64,000 nt of DNA, taken from the NCBI GenBank assembly GCA_964543035.1, contig CAZIVL010000001.1:303736-367735 (forward strand), in the 5' to 3' direction. Under the pieces are notes generated by a model. The model was not told the DNA's origin, did no database searches, and saw nothing but the letters and a program-made list of their open reading frames with translations. Positions 1-10,256 of the stretch are shown here, in pieces; within the stretch, counting starts at the first letter, position 1, and the number at the start of each line of letters is the position of its first letter. The position numbers and the translations under genes are program-made. This DNA comes from an uncultured Gammaproteobacteria bacterium (GTDB taxonomy: Bacteria > Patescibacteriota > Microgenomatia > CAZETR01 > Amesbacteraceae).

Positions 1-69
1 GAAAAGCAATTTTCATGGAAAAAATCTGCTAGTATTCTTCACAAACAACTAAACTCATATGTCATTTGA
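1..69 (+). CDS. C-terminal fragment of a probable GT4 glycosyltransferase (gene starts before window)
   Basis: Frame 1 reads EKQFSWKKSASILHKQLNSYVI*; FSW is the typical GT4 C-terminal helix; overlaps next start. Confidence 0.6.
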   Translation, partial: EKQFSWKKSASILHKQLNSYVI

Positions 70-1090
70 TCTAGTATCAATAATTTTGGCCAGTTTTAAC
101 GGAGAAAAAGTTCTTCCAACTTTTCTATCTAGTCTTCAAAAAACTACATACAAAAAATATGAAGTTATTATTTGTGACGATGGTTCAACTGATAAAAGTA
201 TTCAAATAATAAAAAAATTTATGAAGCGTGATAAAAGAATTCAGCTCAAAATAAATTCTACAAATCTAGGAGCAGCCGCTACCCGAAATGTGGGTGCTTG
301 TGTCGCAAAAGGTAAGTACTTGGTTTTTTTAGACAATGATATTGAACTTGATCCAAAATGGCTTACTGAGTTATTGTGCGAGGCAAAACCTGCAAACGTA
401 GGAGCAGTACTGGGAAAAATTCGAGATTATCAGAAGCGTGGTTATTTGCAGGCTATGGGAGTCAAGTTGTGGCCATCTACCGGTTGGGGGCTGGGGCAAG
501 GAATGGGTCAACTTGATTCTGGACAATTTGACAAGAGCGAGTTCACAACTACTCTCTCGGGATTCTTGTTGGTAAAAAAGAATGTCTTTGATTTAGTTAG
601 AGGTTTTGATTCAGTCGAAGCCAGGTATACCGAGGATATCGATTTAGGTTGGAGAATATGGATTGCAGGCTTTGCAGTGGTAACTGCGCATCGTGCAGTT
701 ATGTACCACGGTACAAATATGTCAGCTACCCGAACCATACTCAAATCTGATCCCAGCAAAATATATTTTGCTCTTGCTCGAAATTCATTCAGGTCAATGA
801 TAAAAAATTATGAACTAAAAAATTTAATGATTTATCTTCCACAAAGTCTGATTATCAATTTAATCCGAGCTATGCTTGTTATCATTCGTCGAAAAGATTT
901 TTCAGCCTGGAATGGATTCTGGCAAGCTATAGTATGGCAAATCACAAACCTCTCAGAGACAATTTCTACTAGAGCTTATGTGCAGTCCACCCGCAAGACA
1001 TCAGATCAAGAGTTATTTAGAAAATTGTTTATACGTGATAGTATCTGGCAGATATACAAATTGTACTTTTCTGGTTCAGATTTAATATGA
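59..1090 (+). CDS. GT2 family glycosyltransferase
   Basis: VSIILASFN, DDGSTD, NLGAAATRN, FLDND, EDIDL motifs. Confidence 0.92.
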   Translation: MSFDLVSIILASFNGEKVLPTFLSSLQKTTYKKYEVIICDDGSTDKSIQIIKKFMKRDKRIQLKINSTNLGAAATRNVGACVAKGKYLVFLDNDIELDPKWLTELLCEAKPANVGAVLGKIRDYQKRGYLQAMGVKLWPSTGWGLGQGMGQLDSGQFDKSEFTTTLSGFLLVKKNVFDLVRGFDSVEARYTEDIDLGWRIWIAGFAVVTAHRAVMYHGTNMSATRTILKSDPSKIYFALARNSFRSMIKNYELKNLMIYLPQSLIINLIRAMLVIIRRKDFSAWNGFWQAIVWQITNLSETISTRAYVQSTRKTSDQELFRKLFIRDSIWQIYKLYFSGSDLI

Positions 1091-2100
1091 AGACTGTTTA
1101 CCCCTCTGTATCAATAATACTACCTTGTTACAATGCTATGCTCTCTCTTGAGCAGTGTTTAAGATCACTAGCTAAAACCAAATACCCAAACTTTGAGATA
1201 ATTGCCCTAGATGATAGATCTTCTGACGGTTCATATGAGACTTTGCAAAAATTTTTTAAGTCTCATCCCAAGTTAAAATCCAAGCTCTTTCAGAATCAAC
1301 AAAACAGCGGACCCTCAAAAACTAGAAACCAGGCTGTCTCTTTTTCAAAAAAAAAGTATATTGCATTTGTCGAAACGGATATGGAATTTGAACCCACGTG
1401 GTTACAAGAGCTTGTAAACTACATTCATGCGCACTCTGATGTTGCAGCCGTCTGTGGAAAAAGTTGTGATTTAAAAAATAAAAAAATATTAGCAGGTCTT
1501 GGAGTGGAGTTTGACCCCGCCACCTTTAATGTAGTTCCAGTGGGACATTTAAGCAACCGAAATGATTTTAACTTAATCCGTGAAGTCGGATTGGGTGCTG
1601 TTGGGACTGTTTTTAGAAGAGATTTGTTTCTAAAAGTTGGAGGTTTTGATGAAAAATTTGGTCACAACATTGACGATATCGACTTGTCGTGGCGATTATG
1701 GGTGATGGGGTATAGACAAATGTCTGTGCCCAAATCAATATCTTATCATTGGATATCAAAGAAACTATCTCAAAGGTCTACTCCCCAAATAGCTTCAGAA
1801 ATTATTACTCACAAAGTATTTAGAGTTTTTATTAAAAACTATGAGTTGAAATCAATACTATGGTTTGCCCCTCAGCTGATAGCATACCAATTGGTAAGGG
1901 TAGTAAAAAACTTATTTTCGGGAAATTTGAAGCCGATGATTGGGTTTATAGGAGGGTGGTACTGGAATATCTGTAATCTAAAAGACTCTATCTATAATCG
2001 CAAATTAATTCAAAATTACAGAAGATTATCCGACAGTCAAATTATAAATAAAATTGGGTACAAAGGAAGTTATCTAAAGTTTGTTCTAAATACTACCTAA
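1087..2100 (+). CDS. GT2 family glycosyltransferase (paralog of upstream gene)
   Basis: SIILPCYN, DDRSSD, GGFDE, DDIDLSWR; shares IKNYELK segment with upstream GT2. Confidence 0.92.
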   Translation: MKTVYPSVSIILPCYNAMLSLEQCLRSLAKTKYPNFEIIALDDRSSDGSYETLQKFFKSHPKLKSKLFQNQQNSGPSKTRNQAVSFSKKKYIAFVETDMEFEPTWLQELVNYIHAHSDVAAVCGKSCDLKNKKILAGLGVEFDPATFNVVPVGHLSNRNDFNLIREVGLGAVGTVFRRDLFLKVGGFDEKFGHNIDDIDLSWRLWVMGYRQMSVPKSISYHWISKKLSQRSTPQIASEIITHKVFRVFIKNYELKSILWFAPQLIAYQLVRVVKNLFSGNLKPMIGFIGGWYWNICNLKDSIYNRKLIQNYRRLSDSQIINKIGYKGSYLKFVLNTT

Positions 2101-2107
2101 AATTTGC

Positions 2108-2974
2108 ATGTGCCAAGTCTGTAACAACAAAGCACCGTTTATAGATCAAGTGCCGTATTCTCACAAATATCGGTATCTAGTGTGTGGGTCTTGCACTGCA
2201 GGCATCTTACAGCCCCAGCCATCTGAGCCAGAATTAAAAAAGTTGTATGCAAAAAATAGTTATTTTGTTAAATTGTCTCAGCCTGTAAAAGCATCATGGT
2301 GGAAGCCATTTTTTGATTTCAGAATTTTTCCACTTCCTGACCAATTTGTGTCACAACAGTTGTCACCTAGAAGTATTTTAGATGTTGGGTGTGGAAATGG
2401 GGAGTTTTTGGATAATCTTTCAAAGTTGGGCTGGAAGACCTATGGCAGCGACATTAGTCAGGTTGCAAAAGCAAATACCGAAATGAAAATTGGAAAAAAT
2501 CGTGTCTTTAGAGGCGAATTCTCATCTCAAAAGATAGCAAAAAAGTTTGATGTAATCACTTTTTGGCATGTGTTAGAGCATTTGGCATCACCAATCAAAT
2601 ATCTAAAGGCAGCTTACAGAAATTTAAACAAGGGTGGCATGGTTATGGGAGAAGTACCTAGCTTTGATTCGCGGGTATTAAAAATATTCAGACAAAACTA
2701 TTCATGGATGATGGTGCCTGAGCATCGAATTTATTTATCCACAAGCTCCCTGAGAAACATTTTGAAGCAATCAGGATTTAGCAACATAGTCATCAAATCT
2801 CCACCTAGAGGTCTGTTAAATTTTTCACTCAGCTATTCTAAGACTCTTGAGAAATCCCCTTATAGATTAATTCTTTTTGCACTTTCAATCCCTTTTTCAG
2901 TAGCCTTAGGGTTATTTTTTAGCAAATTAGGGCAAGGAGAAGTTTTAAGATTTTCAGCAGAAAAAGATGTTTAG
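2108..2974 (+). CDS. Class I SAM-dependent methyltransferase with N-terminal CxxC...CxxC
   Basis: CQVC, CGSC, LDVGCGNG, WHVLEH. Confidence 0.9.
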   Translation: MCQVCNNKAPFIDQVPYSHKYRYLVCGSCTAGILQPQPSEPELKKLYAKNSYFVKLSQPVKASWWKPFFDFRIFPLPDQFVSQQLSPRSILDVGCGNGEFLDNLSKLGWKTYGSDISQVAKANTEMKIGKNRVFRGEFSSQKIAKKFDVITFWHVLEHLASPIKYLKAAYRNLNKGGMVMGEVPSFDSRVLKIFRQNYSWMMVPEHRIYLSTSSLRNILKQSGFSNIVIKSPPRGLLNFSLSYSKTLEKSPYRLILFALSIPFSVALGLFFSKLGQGEVLRFSAEKDV

Positions 2975-5900
2975 ACTGTTATTGATTATATTGCCAGTAT
3001 TGCTTGCCGGAATGTGGTTTAAAGAAGGATTTGTCATGGGTGGAGGTGAAGGTGGACTTCCATTTCATGATCTTGTGCGTTCTGCCAATCTGACCAAATG
3101 GTCATGGGCTGATGCAGCTTTGGGAAACGGACTTGGAATTGGCACTGCAAGTTATCCGTTTTATTGGTTTCTTGCTCAACTGCAAATATTGGGTGTTTCT
3201 CCGGTCATAATTCAGGCTAGTGTATATGCATTTTTGTTTATATTAGGAGGGTTCGGAATTTACTATTTAGTTCAGGAGTCATTTCCAAACATCAATTCTA
3301 GATACGCCTTTTTGAGTTCTTTGGCATATTGGTTCAATCCTCTTTCAATGATAAATACTTGGAATCGAAACCTATCCAATTATATGGTTTTTTATGGTTT
3401 TTACCCGTTTATTACATGGATATTTATCAGAGGTCTGGCAAAACGCAACATCTATTTTGTAATGTTATCTGGACTTCTTACTGGAGTTTTCTCATACTCT
3501 CTTACTGCGACACCGTTCAATCTCTTAATGCTGGGAACATGGGGTTATGTTAGTTTGTGGTATTTTTTCATCGTTTGGAAAGGAAATCAGAAGTGGTTCG
3601 CTCTTCAATATTTGATATTGACAATAATTTGTTACATTGGTGTAAATTTCTGGTGGCTTGGACAATTATTTAGTTTTCTCGGTTCCTCTTATTACGCCTC
3701 AGCAGTTTCAGATTTTTTTACAACAGGGGGTAACTATGGAACTCTTGTCTCTTTAAGTGAACTCTTGGGAAGATTATTCAACATAACCAGGCTATATCAT
3801 GGATCATTTTATTACACTGCTCCAATATATTTTCGAATATTTCTCTCGCCTTTGCTTTACTTCCCAAACTACATATTTGTGGGACTTATTATATGGGTTA
3901 TATCAAAACGTCTGTCAGATAAACAAATTTTATTGTGGGGCTCAATATTTTTAGGAACTATATTTTTGATAAAGGGCACAAACCCTCCCTTAGGAGAAAT
4001 ATTTGGACTACTGTTTCAGAATTTATCTGTGTTACAGGTCTTTAGGAATCCTTTCGAAAAATTTGGTTTTTTGTTATCAATGGGATTTTCAGTATTGCTC
4101 GGTGTGGCCGTTTCACATCTAGAAAAAAATAAAAACGTGATTTTTACTTTTTGTCTATTGTTTGTGGGTATTGTGTGGGGATATCCATATTGGAGTTCAA
4201 TTGTATTTACTCGTACGACGACAAATTTGCAGGAGCCCGTCTCGCTGGAAGTGGAGGTCCCAAACGCCTATAAGGAGATCAATAGTTGGTTAAGTAGTCA
4301 GCCTTTTGAACACAGAGCGGTGGTTTTACCTATCAATGGGGAGGGTATGACATACACTTGGGACAAGCCCTACGCCGGTGTCGAACTATCAAGCACCTTG
4401 TTTGACAGACCAGTCGTGTCTTTCAATACTACAATTCCACTACTTTATGATTATGTAAATCAGATTCATAAATATCAAATCAGTTCCGATATTTTGAAAC
4501 TATTTCCATTTCTAAACGCTAAGTATCTAATCTGGAGGTCAGACATTGATTTTAAAGACAGAAGGACTGCCGATCCCGAAGTAATTCACAAGCTACTAAA
4601 TGAATGGGAGGATCAAGGATTAGTCACTTCAGAATCAAGTGCTGAATTCTTAAAAGTGTATTCAGTAAACGATAATTATGTTTGGCCCAAAATATATTCC
4701 ACAAAAAAGATTGTTTACTCAAATTCACGTGACCCGGTAAGCTTATCTCGAGTATATCCAAGCCTAACTGAGGATCCATCAGCTATCGTCAGCTCTTCAG
4801 GTGACTACTATCATATTCTCGAGCCTCTTGCAGTATATCCGTCAAAGTTTACAGAAACCCCCGTGACCCTTACCCAGGACGATTTACTTGCTAGATTGTT
4901 TCATGCCACTCATTTACCGGGAGATAAATATTACTTTCTCTCTCGTCTCAAGGAAAGATTGCAACTTCTGACTGACTCAAATTATGAGAGCAGGCACATA
5001 TTCGAAATTGGAATTTTAGGAAAAAGAGCAGTCGAAATATACAAACTTCATAAGAGTGGGGCTGACCCAAAAATAATCTCAAAATCTGAAACAGAATACG
5101 TAAATGAGTTGTTTAGAAAAAAGTCACAGTTTACAAACATTCTTTCTGCTCAATCGCAAATTTCTTCCTTACTTCGAGATTCACTCCTTTACCAATCTTT
5201 GCTACTGGAGACAACTGGTTGCAGTTGTACAGAAAAGATTGCTACATTAATGTTTGAATTAAACATCAAACCTCGTTTTACTCTACCGCAAACAGCCCCT
5301 GACAAATTTTTAGTTTACTACTTCGAAGTGCCATTAGCAGGGGAGTACACCATTAGTAGCTCACAAGTTCAATCCGAAGCCACCTGGTACATAGATGGAG
5401 AGCCCTTATCAAGCTCAAACACGAAGATCAGATTACAGCCAGGTATACACGAAGTCGCAATTCTAAATCTAGCTTACTCTAAGCCGGTATCGGTAATAAA
5501 TGAGACTTTTGAGATCGATACTACAAACAACAAGGAAATAAACATTGATTTGCCAGATTTAGCGGGAGAATATGTTGTAAAGTTTGATTTCTTATTTTCA
5601 GAAGGAAACAATTTTGACATTTCATTTATTCAAGACATTGATCAAAAAGGAAGCCCTACTCATATAGCCGCAGTGCAAAAAAATTCCAGGTTTCATGGAT
5701 GGGGAAGTTGGCAAACCTTTTTTACAACGAGCAACGGTGCAAGCACATTAAAAATGACCACTCAACCTGTTTCTGGTTCAAAATGTAAGAGTCAATGGTT
5801 GTTATTTACCAGTTGCAGCAAAAAAGAAGATACATACAAAGTTCAGATAAAAAATCTATCCTGGTCTAGACTCGAGCGCCCCTCTGTGTTTCTTACCCTC

Positions 5901-6260
5901 AGTAAGCCGCCAACAGATGGTCAAAAAACAGAAATTAAATGGTCAAAGACAAACCCCACTCAATATCTGGTAAAAATGAAGAAAACTGATTCACAGCCAG
6001 AAGTACTTGTCTTTTCAGAGTTATTCAATTCAGGTTGGGAGATCAAGACAATTCTCGGACCAGCCATCCCTCAAAAAAATCACATACTGGCAAACATTTA
6101 TGCCAACGGTTGGCTGATAACCGAACCTGGTGATTATGAGCTGAACCTCAGCTTTGGACCTCAAAAAGGATTAGAATCAGGCAGAATTGTTACTCAAGCG
6201 TCTATCGGGCTGTTAGTTACCTTGTTGTTATGGCACATTTTAAAAAATCATCTTTTGTAA
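2967..6260 (+). CDS. Large multi-TM GT-C-like (YfhO/AftD-like) membrane glycosyltransferase with large extracytoplasmic domain
   Basis: About 11-13 N-terminal TM helices, KGxNPP and FRNPFEKF, C-terminal NPTQY..LVFSELFNSGW..YANGW and TM anchor. Confidence 0.7.
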   Translation: MFRLLLIILPVLLAGMWFKEGFVMGGGEGGLPFHDLVRSANLTKWSWADAALGNGLGIGTASYPFYWFLAQLQILGVSPVIIQASVYAFLFILGGFGIYYLVQESFPNINSRYAFLSSLAYWFNPLSMINTWNRNLSNYMVFYGFYPFITWIFIRGLAKRNIYFVMLSGLLTGVFSYSLTATPFNLLMLGTWGYVSLWYFFIVWKGNQKWFALQYLILTIICYIGVNFWWLGQLFSFLGSSYYASAVSDFFTTGGNYGTLVSLSELLGRLFNITRLYHGSFYYTAPIYFRIFLSPLLYFPNYIFVGLIIWVISKRLSDKQILLWGSIFLGTIFLIKGTNPPLGEIFGLLFQNLSVLQVFRNPFEKFGFLLSMGFSVLLGVAVSHLEKNKNVIFTFCLLFVGIVWGYPYWSSIVFTRTTTNLQEPVSLEVEVPNAYKEINSWLSSQPFEHRAVVLPINGEGMTYTWDKPYAGVELSSTLFDRPVVSFNTTIPLLYDYVNQIHKYQISSDILKLFPFLNAKYLIWRSDIDFKDRRTADPEVIHKLLNEWEDQGLVTSESSAEFLKVYSVNDNYVWPKIYSTKKIVYSNSRDPVSLSRVYPSLTEDPSAIVSSSGDYYHILEPLAVYPSKFTETPVTLTQDDLLARLFHATHLPGDKYYFLSRLKERLQLLTDSNYESRHIFEIGILGKRAVEIYKLHKSGADPKIISKSETEYVNELFRKKSQFTNILSAQSQISSLLRDSLLYQSLLLETTGCSCTEKIATLMFELNIKPRFTLPQTAPDKFLVYYFEVPLAGEYTISSSQVQSEATWYIDGEPLSSSNTKIRLQPGIHEVAILNLAYSKPVSVINETFEIDTTNNKEINIDLPDLAGEYVVKFDFLFSEGNNFDISFIQDIDQKGSPTHIAAVQKNSRFHGWGSWQTFFTTSNGASTLKMTTQPVSGSKCKSQWLLFTSCSKKEDTYKVQIKNLSWSRLERPSVFLTLSKPPTDGQKTEIKWSKTNPTQYLVKMKKTDSQPEVLVFSELFNSGWEIKTILGPAIPQKNHILANIYANGWLITEPGDYELNLSFGPQKGLESGRIVTQASIGLLVTLLLWHILKNHLL

Positions 6261-6568
6261 AACTATATTTTTTGATATTAATTTCCACCATGACAATCAA
6301 CTGGTGGAGTAAGTACAATTTGTCGTCGCTAAATTTAACTCCGCTGCTTTACTGGGAATTATTTATAGGATGGGTATGGCTAGTAAAATCAAAGCATAAA
6401 AAGCCCGAAATTTCTTTTAAGTCGGGATTAGCGTTTTACGCAGCCGGGACAATTGTCTCAGTTTTAGGTTTTCTAAATTTTAGTGAAGTTCTAATGAGGC
6501 TCGGGTTTATAGGGTGGTATGTGGGTATAGTGCAAGCTATAATAAATATTGTAAGAAATAAAGATTAA
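6230..6568 (+). CDS. Small membrane protein (about 4 TM), hypothetical
   Basis: Hydrophobic ORF overlapping the upstream GT-C gene end. Confidence 0.7.
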   Translation: MAHFKKSSFVKLYFLILISTMTINWWSKYNLSSLNLTPLLYWELFIGWVWLVKSKHKKPEISFKSGLAFYAAGTIVSVLGFLNFSEVLMRLGFIGWYVGIVQAIINIVRNKD

Positions 6569-6571
6569 ATC

Positions 6572-7504
6572 ATGAAGACACGTCACGCACTAGGAATTAC
6601 TGATTTTAGCTCGTCCGAGCTCAACAAAGTGCTTCATATTTCTCAATCGCTCAAAAAAAAGTCCCGGGTGTTTCAATCCAAATTGTTAAAAAATAAGACA
6701 ATGGTAATGATTTTTGAAAAACCGTCTCTTCGGACAAGGGTTTCATTTGAATCTGGAATGACACAACTAGGAGGACACGCAATTTATTTAGCCCCAGCGG
6801 ACATTGGTCTGGGAAAAAGAGAGTCGATTGCCGATTCCGCAAGAGTTCTTAGTCGTATGTCTGACTGCATTATGGCCAGGACTTTCTCGCACAACACAGT
6901 GGTAGAGCTAGCACAAAATTCGACCGTTCCTGTCATAAACGGTTTATCTGATCTTGAACATCCATGCCAAACTTTAGCAGATCTACTGACCATTAAGGAA
7001 AATTTTGGCTCATTAAAGGGTCTTACTGTCGCTTTTGTAGGAGACGGAGAAAACAATGTTACTCACTCCCTGGCTCTTGCTTGCTCATCTCTTGGAATCA
7101 ACTTTCGAGTAGCGGCCCCCAAGGGATACTTTATGTCAAAAGAAATAGCTTCGATAGTCAACAAGCAAGCATCAGGTTTAAAATCTGAATTTATTCAGAC
7201 TGACAATCCAAGAGAAGCAGTCAAGGATGCAGACGTCGTCTACACCGACACCTGGGTAAGCATGGGGGAAGAAAAAGAAAAGGCCAAGCGCCTCAAACAT
7301 TTTCCTCCTTTCCAAGTCACCACAAAGCTCATGCAGTATGCTTCATCAAAGGCTATTTTTATGCACGACATGCCAGCATACAGGGGATTTGAAGTTCAGG
7401 CAGAAGTAATTGATGGAAGGCAGTCAGTAATTATTGATCAAGCCGAAAATCGGTTACATGCCCAAAAAGGTCTTCTTTGTTTTCTTCTGAATGTAGACCT
7501 CTAA
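6572..7504 (+). CDS. argF: Ornithine carbamoyltransferase
   Basis: FEKPSLRTRVSFE carbamoyl-phosphate motif, HPCQ, DTWVSMG ornithine loop, QAENRLH; HDMP in place of HCLP. Confidence 0.93.
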   Translation: MKTRHALGITDFSSSELNKVLHISQSLKKKSRVFQSKLLKNKTMVMIFEKPSLRTRVSFESGMTQLGGHAIYLAPADIGLGKRESIADSARVLSRMSDCIMARTFSHNTVVELAQNSTVPVINGLSDLEHPCQTLADLLTIKENFGSLKGLTVAFVGDGENNVTHSLALACSSLGINFRVAAPKGYFMSKEIASIVNKQASGLKSEFIQTDNPREAVKDADVVYTDTWVSMGEEKEKAKRLKHFPPFQVTTKLMQYASSKAIFMHDMPAYRGFEVQAEVIDGRQSVIIDQAENRLHAQKGLLCFLLNVDL

Positions 7505-7507
7505 TTC

Positions 7508-7657
7508 ATGCAAAGAGCCTTATTTATTTGTGGTGAACTTGCACTAGTTTTTGTTGGAGTAATTTTAGTATTGAACCATCCGGGATTTGCTAGTAAATTA
7601 ATGCCATTTATTTTTGTTACTTTTACTCTAGGTACAATTTTAGATGTCAAAAATTAA
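7508..7657 (+). CDS. Small 49-aa two-TM protein (absent from ORF track)
   Basis: ATG 7508 to TAA 7657: MQRALFICGELALVFVGVILVLNHPGFASKLMPFIFVTFTLGTILDVKN; fills gap and overlaps next start. Confidence 0.65.
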   Translation: MQRALFICGELALVFVGVILVLNHPGFASKLMPFIFVTFTLGTILDVKN

Positions 7658-10256
7658 TCTTCTATACATACTTACGGCTCTAATCATTTTTAATGGCTTT
7701 ATCAGTTTGGATCCGCGCTTTGCCAACGATTTGCCCTCTTCCTCGCTATCTTCTCTGCGAGAAGGGCTAAATCTTCCTCAAACATGGAACGACAGGGGAG
7801 GTCTTGGATTGGGCGCCTATTCTATTTCAACTCTTTGGGGATGGCCCCAAGACTTACTTTATTCGGTTGGTAGTACGCTTGGTCTGGATTTTGGGATACT
7901 ACAAAGAGTAATAGGTATTTTTATGCCCATCACTTTAGGGTGGTGGGGGGTATACAAGTTGTCTGGTCACAAGGCATCTTCTCTATTTTATGTAACCACA
8001 TCGTATTTCTTGTTGTTAATCGATGGGGGACAGCTAGGTTTGGCAATGGCGTATGGCATTCTTCCTATATGTTTTTTTACATATTTACAGGCAGTGTCAG
8101 ATTTCACAAAAAAAAATGTCCTCAACTTTGTTTTCTGGTCGATCGCCCTCTCGGTATCAGATATTAGGATTATTTACATGCTTTTGCTTCTTATTGTTGT
8201 AGATTTTATTCTGTCTCCTTCATCTTTTTACCGTCGTTTTGTAATAGGGTTATCTAGCTTGATATTTATGATCGGTTTTCATAGTTACTGGTTACTGCCG
8301 GCTATCATGACTCGACTACCCACACTGCCCACTGGATACAGCGAAACGGGTCAAATAAGTTTTTTGAGTTTTGCAACCCTTGGCCACTCTCTTTTTCTTC
8401 AACAGCCACACTGGTATAAAAATGTATTCGGAGATGTTTCTTCCATTTCTGTCTTTTTTTTGATTATTCCAGTTCTGGTCTTTTTTGCCCGAGTAGTTAA
8501 CAGAAGTGATAGAAAGATCAGATTTTGGCTTGTAATTGCTCTGGTCGGTACATTTTTGGTGAAAGGAAGCAATCCTCCTCTGGCTGACTTTTATTCATGG
8601 GTTTTCAACGCTGTTCCTGGATTTCAAATTTTTCGGGATCCGGTAAAGTTTATGTTTATTACCTCAATGGCGTATGCAGTTCTTGTGGGTAGTACAGTAT
8701 CAGTTCTGGTCAAAAAGTTTAAGTGGTTTTCTTACGTTTTCCCGGCAATCTGTCTCTTGATTACTTTTCCAGTTTGGTCTGGACAGATGACAGGCCTGTT
8801 TGTTCCGCCTAGGAACATAGCTAACTACTCGGCCATGTCCAAATATTTTTTTGAAAAACCAGAATTTGGTAGGATAGCTTGGATCCCCGCAAGACCCCCT
8901 CTTAGTTACAACAGCTCCCAACACACGGTTCTTGAGGGGACATTCTTATCTACACTTCGGCCTTTCTACATTGAATCTGTAGGTACATATGACACCATGA
9001 ATTTTCTTCGCGAGTCTAGTCATTTAGATAGGTTTTTTGAAATATACGGGATCAAATATCTCGTTTTTCCACCAGCAGACGAAAAACGGATAAAGTTAAA
9101 ACCAGAAGACGCAAGTTATCAAGATGTCTTTTATCGCCAGCTTTCAAAAAAAACATGGGTATCCTCCACTCAGTCTTTTGGAGATGTACGTCTTATCACA
9201 ACCACAGCAACACCAAAATTGATGTATCTTGCCTCTCCTCCAAAATTTATAGTGGGATCTGACAGCTATTACAAAAACATCCAAGACATAAAAACATCCC
9301 CTCTTGTTTTTTCAGAGGAGCATCCTGGAACAATGGACAGTATTGACCACTTCCCAAATAGCGGTGTGGAAGTATATCAAAAGAAAAATTTGGATCTTAT
9401 AGCAAGTTTTGCTCCCAAAGATAATCTTATTTTTCCATCTTACTCACTTGCAAACAGTCCAGATTCGTCTGGTTGGTGGAAAAGAGACCCTGGCAGTTTT
9501 AAAGAAGCACGAAATTTTCTTGAAGAGAAATATGCGTTAACTATTGACGATTTTGATCTTGGTGGAGGCTATGCATTTTCTGAAGGATCGAATACTCTTT
9601 CAATAGAATCAAGTCTTATTCAGGAAGGATCCCGCCTTTTTGTCAGGGCGATCACAAGCAGTCGTTCTGGAAGTATCCAATTCCTCCAAAGCGGCAAGCC
9701 AGTAGGAGACATCATGACCGGTGTAGCAGGAGAGCAGGTCAAAAGAAAAATTACAGGGCTAGACGAAATTCCCGACCAGGTTCTAGATTACTCCAAAGCC
9801 GACTTGTCTTGGCACGAAGTGGGGGATTTGCAATCGAAAGACGCATTGAAAATCACGACCCAAGGGGACATAAACGTTATAAACGCTATTCTTATCCTTC
9901 CAAAACCCACATGGCAAGCCCTTGAGGACAAGGCGTCAAGCGTCACTACGACCCAAATCCAAGTAGCCACCCCTTCTGCCGCTCTAAGTTATGTGCGCAT
10001 CTCCCCTACACATTACAAAGTTACAGTATTTGGCCTGACTTCACCCAGCATGTTGGTTTTTTCGCAGATGTACGACGACCTCTGGCGACTATCCGGACAG
10101 TCACCACTTCGTGTGTACAGCCATCTAAACGGTTATAATATAACTTCGGACGGAGTATACGACCTAAAGTTTCGGCCCCAAGAGTTCGTAATTCCAGGTC
10201 TCTTAATAACTATGCTCACATCACTTATATTTACAACGTTATGGAAGTCGCAATAA
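7644..10256 (+). CDS. Second large GT-C-like (YfhO/AftD-like) membrane glycosyltransferase
   Basis: Multi-TM N-half, KGSNPP and FRDPVKF, C-terminal SPTHY..LVFSQMYDDLW..LNGY..PQ and TM; paralog of 2967-6260. Confidence 0.7.
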   Translation: MSKINLLYILTALIIFNGFISLDPRFANDLPSSSLSSLREGLNLPQTWNDRGGLGLGAYSISTLWGWPQDLLYSVGSTLGLDFGILQRVIGIFMPITLGWWGVYKLSGHKASSLFYVTTSYFLLLIDGGQLGLAMAYGILPICFFTYLQAVSDFTKKNVLNFVFWSIALSVSDIRIIYMLLLLIVVDFILSPSSFYRRFVIGLSSLIFMIGFHSYWLLPAIMTRLPTLPTGYSETGQISFLSFATLGHSLFLQQPHWYKNVFGDVSSISVFFLIIPVLVFFARVVNRSDRKIRFWLVIALVGTFLVKGSNPPLADFYSWVFNAVPGFQIFRDPVKFMFITSMAYAVLVGSTVSVLVKKFKWFSYVFPAICLLITFPVWSGQMTGLFVPPRNIANYSAMSKYFFEKPEFGRIAWIPARPPLSYNSSQHTVLEGTFLSTLRPFYIESVGTYDTMNFLRESSHLDRFFEIYGIKYLVFPPADEKRIKLKPEDASYQDVFYRQLSKKTWVSSTQSFGDVRLITTTATPKLMYLASPPKFIVGSDSYYKNIQDIKTSPLVFSEEHPGTMDSIDHFPNSGVEVYQKKNLDLIASFAPKDNLIFPSYSLANSPDSSGWWKRDPGSFKEARNFLEEKYALTIDDFDLGGGYAFSEGSNTLSIESSLIQEGSRLFVRAITSSRSGSIQFLQSGKPVGDIMTGVAGEQVKRKITGLDEIPDQVLDYSKADLSWHEVGDLQSKDALKITTQGDINVINAILILPKPTWQALEDKASSVTTTQIQVATPSAALSYVRISPTHYKVTVFGLTSPSMLVFSQMYDDLWRLSGQSPLRVYSHLNGYNITSDGVYDLKFRPQEFVIPGLLITMLTSLIFTTLWKSQ

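Noticed and set aside
4723-4733. TTCACGTGA as a parS site
   Set aside because: Lacks the flanking arms of TGTTTCACGTGAAACA and lies inside a CDS.
7508-7522. Identical MQRAL N-termini of ORFs at 7508 and 17719
   Set aside because: Only five residues with different codons and no further similarity; probably chance.
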